Shown here: positions 51,433 to 61,349 of the stretch, piece by piece
Position numbering within the stretch: position 1 is the first letter of the stretch
How the letters are laid out: each line of letters begins with the position of its first letter
Assembly (NCBI GenBank): GCA_963663545.1
Contig: OY760505.1
Coordinates: 2,240,001-2,304,000 of the forward strand
Direction: 5' to 3'
Source: Candidatus Delongbacteria bacterium
GTDB taxonomy: Bacteria > CAIWAD01
DNA length: 64,000 nt
Position numbers and translations under genes: made by a program
Notes under the pieces: generated by a model
Database searches by the model: none
What the model saw: the letters and a program-made list of their open reading frames with translations, nothing else
What the model was told of the DNA's origin: nothing

Positions 51433-52349
51433 CGGAACGGGCCACAGTCAAGTACGGCAAGGCCGGAGATATTGTGCTCTCCGTCGTAATCGTGCACTAC
51501 AACACACTTGAGCTTAGCCGGGGTTGTCTGCTCTCGCTGAAGCGTTTTGTATCACAGCCTTGCGAAGTGTTTCTGGTGGACAATGCTTCCACCGACGGTT
51601 CCGGTGAGACATTGGCGCAGGAGTTTCCGTGGATGGAACTGATACGCCTCGAAGCGCCCAGCGGTTTTGGTGCCGCGAACAACCGGGCGGCTGCTCGCGC
51701 ACGCGGACGTTATCTGCTCTTTCTGAATTCGGATACCGAGCTGTTGGACAACTGTCTGGAAGACCTGCTGGCCTTCATGGAAGCGCACGGCGAGTGTGTT
51801 ATGTGCACGCCGCGTCTCGAGCGTCGTGACGGTAGTCTGGATCACAGTTGCCGCCGTAGTTTCCCCTCGCCCGAAGTGGCGCTGTTCAAGATGCTTGGGC
51901 TGAATCGGCTCTTTCCCGGTCACAAGCGCTTTGCGCGCTACGATCTGCGCTTTCTCGATGAGCGCGCGTGTTACGAAGTAGAAGCCATCAGCGGTGCATT
52001 CATGCTGACGCGTAGGACGGCCCTCGAGCATCCTGCGGCTCCTTTCGACGAGGATTACTTCTTCTACGGTGAGGATCTGGATTTCTGCTTTCGCGAGAAA
52101 CAGCGTGGCGGCGCGATCTGGTATCTTGGCACCAGCACTGTAAAGCACTACAAAGGCGGTAGCACGAACAAGCGGGAAGCCTGGGTGATCAAGCAGTTCC
52201 ATTTGACCATGCGCACCTTCTACGATAAGCACTACCGGCGGCAGTATGCGTTTCCGGTGACTTGGTTTGTCTACCTGGGCATTTATCTGCGGCTAGTCTA
52301 CAGTCTGCTGCGAAATGTGTTTTTGCCAGCCAAGGTCAAGGAAGCATGA
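51426..52349 (+). CDS. GT2 glycosyltransferase (WbbL-like)
   Basis: VDNASTDGS, GFGAANN, LNSDT, SGAFML, FDEDYFFYGEDLD. Confidence 0.88.
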   Translation: MLAERATVKYGKAGDIVLSVVIVHYNTLELSRGCLLSLKRFVSQPCEVFLVDNASTDGSGETLAQEFPWMELIRLEAPSGFGAANNRAAARARGRYLLFLNSDTELLDNCLEDLLAFMEAHGECVMCTPRLERRDGSLDHSCRRSFPSPEVALFKMLGLNRLFPGHKRFARYDLRFLDERACYEVEAISGAFMLTRRTALEHPAAPFDEDYFFYGEDLDFCFREKQRGGAIWYLGTSTVKHYKGGSTNKREAWVIKQFHLTMRTFYDKHYRRQYAFPVTWFVYLGIYLRLVYSLLRNVFLPAKVKEA

Positions 52350-53671
52350 GATACTCCGTTCGCGTGCTGCTCTTCCTACTGGATGTAGCTGCCATTCTGC
52401 TGGCATTCCGGCTTGGGTGGTGGACGCGATTTCATCTCTTGCCGCCGCTGATGCCGGGCGCGCTGCACATGGAGCTACCCTGGCAGCTCTACCTGCCCTT
52501 TTTACCGCTGCCTATTGTTCTGGTGCTAATCGGTGGTATTCGTTACCGGTTGTATCACTTCGGTCACGATGAAACGCGGCGGCAGATCTTTGGCAGCCTG
52601 AAAGTCGTCATTCTGCTCTTCGTGGTAATGGCTGCCTACATGGTCGCATTCCGTCTGGATGAAGCCTTCAGTCGCCTGGGGACTGTCATTGCCATTGCGT
52701 GGCTGACGCTACTGATGCCCGCCTTCAGGCTTTTTGCGTTGTGGCTGGTCAATCGTAGGAAGCTGCTGGCAGTGCCGACGCTGATCATTGGGCGCACCTC
52801 AACGGTTCAGCGCTTTCTGGACAGCATTGGCGAAGACGAGTATCACAAGCACAACCGCATTCTGTTGTGTATCACACCCGAAGAACTCGTGGACGATGAG
52901 CGCGGCGAGTTCCACGATGAGGCCGATGAACGCATCAACCGCCTGATAGCCGAGGAGCATCTAAGCAAGGTTGTGGTGTTCATGGAGGGTGTGAGACGCA
53001 GGCAGCTGGGTGTGATCCTGCGCCGTTTCGAGGTTCGTCTGCGCACGATCAAGCTGATTCCGGACGCCTGGAGTTTGGCGCTGGCTGGATCACGCATCCA
53101 GACGCTTGGCGGCACGCTATTGCTTGGTCAGCCTCTACGTTTGTGGAATCCGGTGAATCGCGCCATTAAGCGCAGCATGGATATTCTGGCCGGGCTATTA
53201 GCGCTGCCTCTAGTGTTATTGGTCATTCTGGTCTGCACCCCCTTTCTGCGATTTCAACCGCTGCGACGTATCCCGCGCCTTGATTTGGCCGGACGACCTT
53301 TCAGTCTGCTGCAGCTGAATGTGGATTACGAAGAGGGCGGACTGATCTTTCAGAGTGGGCTCTACAAGCTCCCGGAAATGCTGGATGTGCTTGCTGGCCG
53401 ACAAAGCCTTGTGGGACCCGCTCCGCTGATTGAGCGCGAGTGTGATCTCTATCGTGACACAGACGGCGCTTTCAGTAAAATACGTCCCGGCATCACAGGG
53501 CAATGGCAGAGTGGCGATGTGGGCTACTTCGAATTGGACCAGCGTATAGCCGTCGACATGTATTACGCCATGAATTGGAGTGTTGCGCTGGATCTGCGCA
53601 TTCTCTTCGATTCTGTGCTGAAGGGCCTGGTGTGTCTGTTCAAACCTCGGGCAGGAGCGCTGCGCACATGA
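52346..53671 (+). CDS. WcaJ/WbaP-like phosphoglycosyl transferase family protein (divergent catalytic motif)
   Basis: N-terminal TM helices, KRSMDI, SLVGP, RPGITGQWQ, D.YY..NWS..LDL.IL. Confidence 0.8.
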   Translation: MRYSVRVLLFLLDVAAILLAFRLGWWTRFHLLPPLMPGALHMELPWQLYLPFLPLPIVLVLIGGIRYRLYHFGHDETRRQIFGSLKVVILLFVVMAAYMVAFRLDEAFSRLGTVIAIAWLTLLMPAFRLFALWLVNRRKLLAVPTLIIGRTSTVQRFLDSIGEDEYHKHNRILLCITPEELVDDERGEFHDEADERINRLIAEEHLSKVVVFMEGVRRRQLGVILRRFEVRLRTIKLIPDAWSLALAGSRIQTLGGTLLLGQPLRLWNPVNRAIKRSMDILAGLLALPLVLLVILVCTPFLRFQPLRRIPRLDLAGRPFSLLQLNVDYEEGGLIFQSGLYKLPEMLDVLAGRQSLVGPAPLIERECDLYRDTDGAFSKIRPGITGQWQSGDVGYFELDQRIAVDMYYAMNWSVALDLRILFDSVLKGLVCLFKPRAGALRT

Positions 53672-55173
53672 GCGACTACTTGGCACCACAACTGAGTGTA
53701 TCACAACTCAAGGCCCATTGCGCCGCGCAGGTTCTGGGCATACCGGATAGCTGGCGCATTGCGCTTAATGAGGCCGAACTCCCTAAGCCAGTACTGGATT
53801 CGCGTGATGCGCGTCCTGGAGATTTGTTCTTCGCACTTCCGGGTACGCGCGTTGACGGACACCAGTTCGTGCCTGAGTTGCAGAAGCGTGGCGTGTATTG
53901 TGTTGTGTCACGCGACCACGAGTTCGCGGAGCACGAAGGTCTGCTATGTGTTGAGGATCCGCGTCGAGTCCTGGACTGGCTGGCGGCGGAGTTGGCAGGT
54001 CTTGCGCAACACGAATTGCGCGTGATTGGTATTACGGGAACCAATGGCAAGACCAGTACCTGTTGGATTCTGCAGCAATTGCTTGGCGGTATCGATCCGT
54101 CCTGTGGCCTCTGTGGTACAATCATGCAGCGCGTCGGCCTGGGCACTGGTACTGTCGCATCACTGACGACACCGGATACACTTACGCTTGCGCGGCTGGC
54201 GCAGGATGTGATACGTGCTGGTGGTCGTCATCTGGTAATGGAAGTCAGCAGCCATGCCATTGATCAGCAGCGTGCTGGTTTCTTTGAGTACGCAGCTGTG
54301 GCCTTTCTTAATCTGAGCCCCGAGCACCTGGATTATCACGGCAACATGGAAGACTATTTCGCTGTCAAGGCCGGGTGGATCGCGCTGCCGGGGCACGGAA
54401 GCCGCATCGTCTGCGTGGACAGTCGTTGGGGTAGTACCCTGGCGGACCATTTGCAGGAACCGTGTGTCACCTATGGTGAAGCAGCAGGACAGTGGCGTGT
54501 GCTGCCGAAGTCCGAAGGGCTGGAGCAGCGATTTGTGTTGCAACACGAGGACGGTGATACAATTGAGATGATACTTCCGCTTCCGGGTCGACACAACCTG
54601 CAGAACGCAACAGCTGCCGTGTTGCTGGCGCTGGAATTGGGCCTGTCTGCCGAAGATGTGAAGAGAAGGCTATCGACCATTCTTCCCGTGCCAGGCCGCA
54701 TGGAGCGCGTATCACCGCCAGCTGGAGAAAAGCGAGCTCTGGTTCTCATCGATTATGCTCATAGCCCGGACGGCTACGAACGGCTGTTTCAGGCTCTGGC
54801 TGGTATAAAACGCACCCGGACAAATATTGTGTTTGGTTGCGGCGGTGACAGGGATCGCAGCAAGCGTGCGGTCATGACCTGCATAGCGTTGGCTAATGCG
54901 GATCAGGCCTGGATTACCCTGGATAACCCGCGCAGTGAAGATCCCGGGCAAATTTTCGATGACATGCTAAAGGCGCTGACGGAAGAGCAGCTGCGGCGTG
55001 TGACACGAATCGAGGATCGGCAAGCGGCCATCCAGCATGTGCTGGCACAAGCGGGATCGGATGATCTTGTCCTGCTGGTTGGCAAGGGCCATGAGCGCTA
55101 CCAAATTTTGGGAAGCGAGAAATCGTATTTCAACGAAACAGAAATCGTCAGGGCGTGTTGGGAGCAAAAATGA
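53668..55173 (+). CDS. murE: UDP-MurNAc-dipeptide--meso-DAP ligase
   Basis: GITGTNGKTS, TTPD, MEVSSH, DYAHSPD, FGCGGDRD, DNPR, GKGHE. Confidence 0.93.
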   Translation: MSDYLAPQLSVSQLKAHCAAQVLGIPDSWRIALNEAELPKPVLDSRDARPGDLFFALPGTRVDGHQFVPELQKRGVYCVVSRDHEFAEHEGLLCVEDPRRVLDWLAAELAGLAQHELRVIGITGTNGKTSTCWILQQLLGGIDPSCGLCGTIMQRVGLGTGTVASLTTPDTLTLARLAQDVIRAGGRHLVMEVSSHAIDQQRAGFFEYAAVAFLNLSPEHLDYHGNMEDYFAVKAGWIALPGHGSRIVCVDSRWGSTLADHLQEPCVTYGEAAGQWRVLPKSEGLEQRFVLQHEDGDTIEMILPLPGRHNLQNATAAVLLALELGLSAEDVKRRLSTILPVPGRMERVSPPAGEKRALVLIDYAHSPDGYERLFQALAGIKRTRTNIVFGCGGDRDRSKRAVMTCIALANADQAWITLDNPRSEDPGQIFDDMLKALTEEQLRRVTRIEDRQAAIQHVLAQAGSDDLVLLVGKGHERYQILGSEKSYFNETEIVRACWEQK

Positions 55174-56513
55174 CAAAAGCACTGTTGATCATCGGTGCTG
55201 CGCGTAGTGGTCTGGCGGCTGCGGCCTTGGCACGAACCCAAGGATGGCAGGTGTGGATCACGGACGATCGTCGTGGCGAAGAAGAGCTGGCTGCTGATAT
55301 CAATCCGCTTGGATTGCACTATTGCGAACCGGGCCGTCTTCCTGCCGAGGTTCGCCTGGTGGTGCTCAGCCCGGTGATCAAGCCTGCGCATCCGTTGGTG
55401 CAGCAAGCGCTAGCCGCTCGTGTTCCCGTTGAGAGCGAAGTGGACTTCGCCTCACGCTACTTCCAGGGCCGTGTCTTTGCCATTACCGGCAGCAACGGCA
55501 AAACCACATGCACCATGCTGGCGGAGGCCGTGTTACGCGAGGCTGGCTTGGACGCGCGCGCCTGCGGTAACATGGGCTATCCCTTTTCGAGACTTGTGCT
55601 GGAGCACCCAGAGTGCCAGTGGGCCGTGGCCGAGCTGAGCAGCTATCAGCTCGAGATGAGTGCGGGACTGCGGGTCCGCGCGGCCTTGTTGCTGAATCTG
55701 AGCGAAGACCACCTGGAGCGCCATGGCAGCATGCACGCGTATCTGGCGGCCAAACTACGCCTTGTGGGAATGCTTGAGGCGGATGGAGCACTGGTGGTCA
55801 ACGGTGATGACGACGCAATCATGGAGGGCGTCAGCCATTTGGACTGTGCACCACTGGCTTTTTCTGCCACACATACTGCGGCCATTCATCTTGACGGTGA
55901 TACAATTCGTTTTCCTCTGGCCAAGAGCGAAGATCTACTGGAGGGGCAGCGGCCGAAACTGCGCGGAAGACACAACCTGCAGAACATCATGGCCGTGGCA
56001 TTGGGCGCCTGGCAGAATGGCGTTCTTTTGGATGTGATACGAAGGGCTGTGCTGGACTTTGCACCTGTTGAACACCGCATCGAGCCTGTCGCTGTGCTAC
56101 GCGGTGTCGAGTGGATCAACGACAGCAAGGCCACCAACGTCGATTCCACGAAGCACGCCTTACGCTGCTTCCCTGATCGCCGCGTTGTGCTCATGGCCGG
56201 TGGTGAAGCCAAAACCGACGACTACAGCGAAGTGGCCGTCGAAGTTGCTGACAAGGTGCGCGTGTTGGTTGCTTTTGGCAAGGACGGTGGAATTATCGCC
56301 GACTGGTTTGCCATGCATGGAAACGGGGATCTGCAAATTGAGCGCTGTGATACGATGGCTGATGCCATTGCTCGCGCGCGCGATACGGCTGCAGAGGGAG
56401 ACTACGCTCTGCTGAGCCCGATGTGCGCTAGTTTTGATCAGTTCAAGAATTTCGAAGAGCGCGGCACACGCTTCAAAGAGTACGTGCTTCGCCTGCACGA
56501 GGAGGCGCAATGA
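55170..56513 (+). CDS. murD: UDP-MurNAc-L-Ala--D-Glu ligase
   Basis: TGSNGKTT, ELSSYQL, DHLERH, NDSKATN, SP.CASFDQF..FEERG. Confidence 0.95.
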   Translation: MTKALLIIGAARSGLAAAALARTQGWQVWITDDRRGEEELAADINPLGLHYCEPGRLPAEVRLVVLSPVIKPAHPLVQQALAARVPVESEVDFASRYFQGRVFAITGSNGKTTCTMLAEAVLREAGLDARACGNMGYPFSRLVLEHPECQWAVAELSSYQLEMSAGLRVRAALLLNLSEDHLERHGSMHAYLAAKLRLVGMLEADGALVVNGDDDAIMEGVSHLDCAPLAFSATHTAAIHLDGDTIRFPLAKSEDLLEGQRPKLRGRHNLQNIMAVALGAWQNGVLLDVIRRAVLDFAPVEHRIEPVAVLRGVEWINDSKATNVDSTKHALRCFPDRRVVLMAGGEAKTDDYSEVAVEVADKVRVLVAFGKDGGIIADWFAMHGNGDLQIERCDTMADAIARARDTAAEGDYALLSPMCASFDQFKNFEERGTRFKEYVLRLHEEAQ

Positions 56514-57343
56514 CGCGCACCGATCCCATTGGTGTTTTCGATTCCGGTGTCGGCGGGCTGACTGTGGTCAGTCGCTTGATCAACCGACTTCCGCATGAGG
56601 ACATTATCTATTTTGGTGATACGGCCCGTGTGCCCTACGGTATTAAATCGCCGGCCACTGTTCGCGAATTCAGCCGACAGATTGCGCAGTTTCTGTTGCG
56701 CCGCAGGGTCAAGGCCATCGTGATCGCTTGTAACACGGCAAGTGCCGTTGCGCTGGACACTTTGCGAGCAGAGCTTGACGTGCCGGTTATCGGCGTGATT
56801 GAAGCCGGGGCGCGTCAAGCCTTGTCGGTGACACAAAACCATCGTGTAGCCGTTATCGGTACGGCGTCCACGGTAAGCAGCCGAGCCTATCCTCGTGCCC
56901 TTGCGGCACAAGATTCACGAGCTCGAACCTTGTCGAAGGCCTGTCCACTCTTTGTCCCCTTGGTCGAGGACGCCATCTTCGACGGTCCCGTGGCCGAGTA
57001 CGCGGTGCATCACTACCTAGACGAAATCTGCGAAGCCGGTGTTGATACACTGTTGCTGGGCTGCACGCATTATCCGCTGCTGGTTCCCGTGATACAACGC
57101 GTAATCGGTGATGGAATCCACGTTGTGGATGCAGCCGAGGGCACCGCAAATGAGTTGGCCGAGTTGCTCGAGGCCCGCGAGCTGCTAAACCCGAACCTGG
57201 GTGACGGACTGCGGCGCTACTACTTCAGTGATCGTACCGAAGCCTTTCAGCGCTTGGCCCAGCAGATCATGGGCGAGGCCGTGGCTGACATGTACATCGT
57301 CGATCTGGAGGCCGATGCGCGCGGCGAGCGTCTGATCGATTAA
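56510..57343 (+). CDS. murI: Glutamate racemase
   Basis: FDSGVGGLTV, PYG, ACNTAS, LGCTHYP. Confidence 0.96.
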   Translation: MTRTDPIGVFDSGVGGLTVVSRLINRLPHEDIIYFGDTARVPYGIKSPATVREFSRQIAQFLLRRRVKAIVIACNTASAVALDTLRAELDVPVIGVIEAGARQALSVTQNHRVAVIGTASTVSSRAYPRALAAQDSRARTLSKACPLFVPLVEDAIFDGPVAEYAVHHYLDEICEAGVDTLLLGCTHYPLLVPVIQRVIGDGIHVVDAAEGTANELAELLEARELLNPNLGDGLRRYYFSDRTEAFQRLAQQIMGEAVADMYIVDLEADARGERLID

Positions 57344-57576
57344 GCTCATTTGTATCACACCATTTCTCGCTGCCGATGAACAACTCCTCCTGTACCGTCT
57401 GCTTCTGCTGTGTTGGCAGCGCATCTTTACCCGGCTGATGCCGCTCCACGTTTCGGTGCGTTCCATACTATCAGAGTGGTTGGCTTTCACGGAGGAGAGG
57501 GCCTTGCAGGAAAAACACTGGTCTTCCGCACTCTTTTTCGCTTTCCCCTTGACTCTTTGGAGTGTTCTTGATATCT

Positions 57577-57600
57577 AGTGTTGTAGTCAACTAAAACACT
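57577..57600. promoter_or_regulatory. Putative YtrA/GntR operator palindrome
   Basis: AGTGTTgTAGT-CA-ACTAaAACACT, 10 bp before the GntR ATG; TTGACT at 57549. Confidence 0.65.
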
Positions 57601-57609
57601 GGATGACCT

Positions 57610-57999
57610 ATGGAACCAACCTGGAACGAGAACGAGCCCATTTACCTGCAGATACGACAGCGCATTCTGCAGATGATCATGGGCGGCCAGTTGCCGGAGG
57701 GCGAGAAGCTCCCATCGGTGCGCCAGGTGGCGACTGATCTGCGAGTGAATCCGCTCACGGTGATGAAGGCATATCAAATGCTTGTGGACGAGGACCTGGT
57801 AGAGAAGCGCAGGGGGTTGGGCATGTTTGTCAAGGAAGGTGCTACCGGAGACCTGGTGGCCGTTGAGAAGCGCCGCTTTCTGGAAGAAGAGTGGCCGCGC
57901 GTGTTAGCGCAGATCGTTCGCATCGGGCTGGAGCCTGCCGAGTTGCTGGCACCGGAAATGCTACAGCACGCGCGTGAAGAAGCCGGGAGGGCCGAGTAA
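57610..57999 (+). CDS. GntR-family regulator (YtrA subfamily)
   Basis: PIYLQI, LPSVRQ.A..L.VNP.TV.KAY, RRGLGMFV. Confidence 0.92.
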   Translation: MEPTWNENEPIYLQIRQRILQMIMGGQLPEGEKLPSVRQVATDLRVNPLTVMKAYQMLVDEDLVEKRRGLGMFVKEGATGDLVAVEKRRFLEEEWPRVLAQIVRIGLEPAELLAPEMLQHAREEAGRAE

Positions 58000-58859
58000 T
58001 GCAGGAACTGATCACAGCTCGCGGTTTGACCAAGCAATACAAGCAGGTGCGTGCGCTGGATGACGTGAATCTGACGGTGGAACGTGGCCGCATTGTGGGA
58101 TTGATCGGACCCAACGGCGCCGGTAAAACCACTTTTCTGAAAAGCGTAATGGGACTGATTCACCACGAGGGCAGTATTCAGGTGCTGGGCTTGGATCCGC
58201 GCCAGCAGCGCCCGCGTGTGATGCAGAGCCTGTGTTACATAGCCGATGTGGCTTCCCTGCCGGGTTGGATGCGTGTGAGTCAGGCAGTGGAATACACGCA
58301 GATGATCCATCCGCGCTTTCGCCGCGAGAAGGCCGAGGAGTACCTGGCACGCACGGATATTCTGCCCAAGTCCAAGATCGCCAAGCTGTCCAAGGGCATG
58401 AAGACGCAGCTGCATCTGGCGCTGGTCATGGCCATTGACGCCGATCTGCTGGTCTTGGACGAGCCGACGCTGGGTCTGGATATTTTATACCGGCGCCAGT
58501 TCTACACCGATCTGCTGAATGAGTATTACGACGAGACCCGCACGATTCTGGTCAGCACGCATCAGGTGGAAGAGGTCGAGCATATCCTGACCGACCTGGT
58601 GTTCATCAACGCTGGCCGCATTGTGCTGGACTGTGCGATGGATCAGGTGGCCGAGAATTTCGTTCTGCTGAATTGCAGTGATGGCAACGAAGCACAGGCG
58701 CGCGCCTTGGGACCCATGTACGAGGAGCAGCAGATGGGCGTGACCAGCTTCATTTTCGAGAATGTGCCGCGTGAGCGTCTGGCCGAGCTGGGTAAGGTGC
58801 GAACCCCCGGCGTGGCTGACCTCTTCGTTGCCAAAATCGGGAAGAAGAACCATGACTAA
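57999..58859 (+). CDS. ABC transporter ATP-binding protein
   Basis: GPNGAGKTT, LSKGM, VLDEP, STH. Confidence 0.95.
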   Translation: MQELITARGLTKQYKQVRALDDVNLTVERGRIVGLIGPNGAGKTTFLKSVMGLIHHEGSIQVLGLDPRQQRPRVMQSLCYIADVASLPGWMRVSQAVEYTQMIHPRFRREKAEEYLARTDILPKSKIAKLSKGMKTQLHLALVMAIDADLLVLDEPTLGLDILYRRQFYTDLLNEYYDETRTILVSTHQVEEVEHILTDLVFINAGRIVLDCAMDQVAENFVLLNCSDGNEAQARALGPMYEEQQMGVTSFIFENVPRERLAELGKVRTPGVADLFVAKIGKKNHD

Positions 58860-59154
58860 ATGGAGTTGCCTTTTTCTGATCCTCACGCTGCTGCCGGGGA
58901 TCAGTGCCATGGCGCAGGCGCCCGTGGACACCGTCCGTGTTGAGGTCGTACATGCGCAGGAGCAGGATTCCACCTTCGTTCAAACCAGAACCTTCGTGGA
59001 CAGCATGCTCACGGCGCACAGCGGACTGGACGAGACGGAGTGTGCCATTGTCAGCGACGCGGCCATTCTGAGTCGTTTGCAGAAGCTCATGTCCCACGGC
59101 GTGCCCGGACTGCAGGGCATACTGCGGGTGCTTGATAGAAGGAGGATCCTGTAA
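58852..59154 (+). CDS. Small exported hypothetical protein
   Basis: Signal peptide (..AMA-Q); overlaps both neighbouring genes. Confidence 0.55.
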   Translation: MTKWSCLFLILTLLPGISAMAQAPVDTVRVEVVHAQEQDSTFVQTRTFVDSMLTAHSGLDETECAIVSDAAILSRLQKLMSHGVPGLQGILRVLDRRRIL

Positions 59155-60170
59155 TGAAGCTGAGTACCTGGATGAAGCCCGGTACCTGGCCGGCGGCGAG
59201 CTGGGCCATGGTCCGACGCGAGCTGTGGGAGCACACTGCCATTGTGCGACTGCCAGCTATTCTCGGCGCCCTGATGATACTTGCCCTGATTGGTCTGATG
59301 GCGCTTCCTTCGCGCATCAGCGGTCACTTGGATGAAGCTGATAAATCCTTCCGGCTGCCGCTAAGCGAAATCACCAATGACGCCAGCGCGCCGGATCTGA
59401 AATTCTCGGTGGACGAATTCGGCCTGGGCACTCTTTATGACGTGGCCGAGCAAATTCCGGCCGACATTCGAGGAGCAGGAATCAGCTTGATGCTGCTGGG
59501 CCTCTACGGATCATACGATTTATTCTTGAAGATCCTGATGGGCGTCTATCTGGCCGGGTGTTTGTTCCGCGAACGGCGCGACAATAGTGTGCTCTTCTGG
59601 AAATCGCTGCCGGTGAGTGACACAAACACCGTGTTGGTGAAGGCTGCATTGGGTATGGTGGGAATTCCGCTCATCTTCTTCGCCGTTTCTCTGCTGACGA
59701 TGTTTGTATCACAGCTTTTCGTGGGCTTTGGCGCGCTCTTCACTGGACATTCAATGGGCCTGGCCTTTGAGTGCGTTATGTACGGAACGGTGCTGAGGCA
59801 TATGTGGACTTCGATGATCAGCCAGATTCTCTGGTTGGCTCCCATCGGCGGCTACTTCCTGCTGATGTCAGCCTGGGCCAAGCGGAACGTGGCGCTGTGG
59901 ATCATTGGTCCTCCGTTGGCCATCATTACCCTTGAAGGCTACTTCATGGCCAAAGGACGTTTTGCCATTTGGCTTGGTAAGCATTTCGTTCATCTTCCGA
60001 ATCTGGAAGATCAGATGCACAATCTGGAACACGCTGGACCGATGGAAGTGCTCAACTTCAACTTCTCTACGGGGTTCGACAAGCCGGATATGTGGCTTGG
60101 CGTGCTGATCTTTGCCGCCTTCGTCTCCGGTGCAATCTGGATCCGCCGCTGGCGAGAAGAGTCGGCATAG
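59154..60170 (+). CDS. ABC-2 type transporter permease
   Basis: RRELWEH, ERRDNSVLFWKSLPVSD..TVL.K, multiple TM helices. Confidence 0.88.
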   Translation: MKLSTWMKPGTWPAASWAMVRRELWEHTAIVRLPAILGALMILALIGLMALPSRISGHLDEADKSFRLPLSEITNDASAPDLKFSVDEFGLGTLYDVAEQIPADIRGAGISLMLLGLYGSYDLFLKILMGVYLAGCLFRERRDNSVLFWKSLPVSDTNTVLVKAALGMVGIPLIFFAVSLLTMFVSQLFVGFGALFTGHSMGLAFECVMYGTVLRHMWTSMISQILWLAPIGGYFLLMSAWAKRNVALWIIGPPLAIITLEGYFMAKGRFAIWLGKHFVHLPNLEDQMHNLEHAGPMEVLNFNFSTGFDKPDMWLGVLIFAAFVSGAIWIRRWREESA

Positions 60171-60231
60171 AAGTGAAAGTATCGTAGTAGATCAGACTCC
60201 CTTCTGATAGATGTGAGACAGGTGTGACACG

Positions 60232-60262
60232 AAGGGCGGCTCGGTGGCCGCCCTTTGCTTTT
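60232..60262 (+). terminator. Intrinsic terminator
   Basis: aagggcggc-tcggtg-gccgccctt followed by tgctttt. Confidence 0.7.
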
Positions 60263-60312
60263 CGCTTTGCCGATTATTCGGCTTTATGCATGTTGAGAGT
60301 GGAGGTGATACA

Positions 60313-61281
60313 ATGCACAAGAAGTTGTTCGCGATATCCTTGCTCCTGCTTCTTTCCTGCAGCGACGACCGGACTGTAGTACAGCCGCAAGAGGAAGAAG
60401 TCAACTGGACTCTGGTGCGTGCCTCGGATCAGGCCACCTTGCCCAGCGAATTCGAGGCAGCAACGTTGATAGGACTCAGCACCGATGGCTGGGAGGACCA
60501 TGTCCGCATCGACCGCCAGGGCGACTTCCTCTACTTCAGCTATTGCGATCGCGATTTGAATCACACCGGCAGCGACCTGGTGGAAGGCCCACTGCGCGAC
60601 GCGGACAGTCTATGTACACCGTTGTGTGGCGAATTTCCACGCAGCGATCTGTTTGTCAGCTCGGCCGTTGGCAGTGGGTGGGGCACGCCTGTGCCGCATC
60701 CCCTCAGTATCGAAAACTCGGTTTCGGCTCCGGCCATTCTGGAAGGGCAAGAGGCCTGGTTTCACCGCCAGCTTGTGCCGCAGGCCTTGACCGATCTGGT
60801 CGTTTCGTACTACACGGGTGATACATGGACTACGCCTGAGCGCCAGCAGTTGCTTTCCAGCGCTTATCGCGATGAGTATCCAACCTTGGATGATGCAGCG
60901 GCTAGTATTCTGTTTGCGAGCAACCGCCCGGGTGGCGCTGGCGGTATGGATTTGTATTACGCGCAATACCTTGATGGAAACTGGACAGAACCCGAAGCAC
61001 TTCCTGAGAATGTCAACAGCAGCGCCGATGAAACACAGCCTTGGTTGCATGGAGCCACGGTGTATTACGTGAGCAATCGCAATGGCCGACAGCAGATCTT
61101 TCGCACCATTCGCGACAATGCCGGCAACTGGAGTGAGCCGGAATTGATTGTCAGCGCCCGCGGCGATGTGCGCAGTCCAAGCATTAGTAACGGCAACCGC
61201 TATCTCTACTTTGTGCAGGTGTTCTCAACAGGAGACGGGAGCATTTCCACCGCGGACATCATGTGTGCGGAAAGGCGCTAA
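60313..61281 (+). CDS. PD40/TolB-like beta-propeller lipoprotein
   Basis: Lipobox LLSC; LFASNRPGG.GG.DLY, W..P..L...VNS...E..P. Confidence 0.8.
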   Translation: MHKKLFAISLLLLLSCSDDRTVVQPQEEEVNWTLVRASDQATLPSEFEAATLIGLSTDGWEDHVRIDRQGDFLYFSYCDRDLNHTGSDLVEGPLRDADSLCTPLCGEFPRSDLFVSSAVGSGWGTPVPHPLSIENSVSAPAILEGQEAWFHRQLVPQALTDLVVSYYTGDTWTTPERQQLLSSAYRDEYPTLDDAAASILFASNRPGGAGGMDLYYAQYLDGNWTEPEALPENVNSSADETQPWLHGATVYYVSNRNGRQQIFRTIRDNAGNWSEPELIVSARGDVRSPSISNGNRYLYFVQVFSTGDGSISTADIMCAERR

Positions 61282-61349
61282 TGGCATTGTAACACGCGAA
61301 GCTTGAAATCAGACTGAATCATTTGTGCGGGTTAACACTGAGGATTGAC

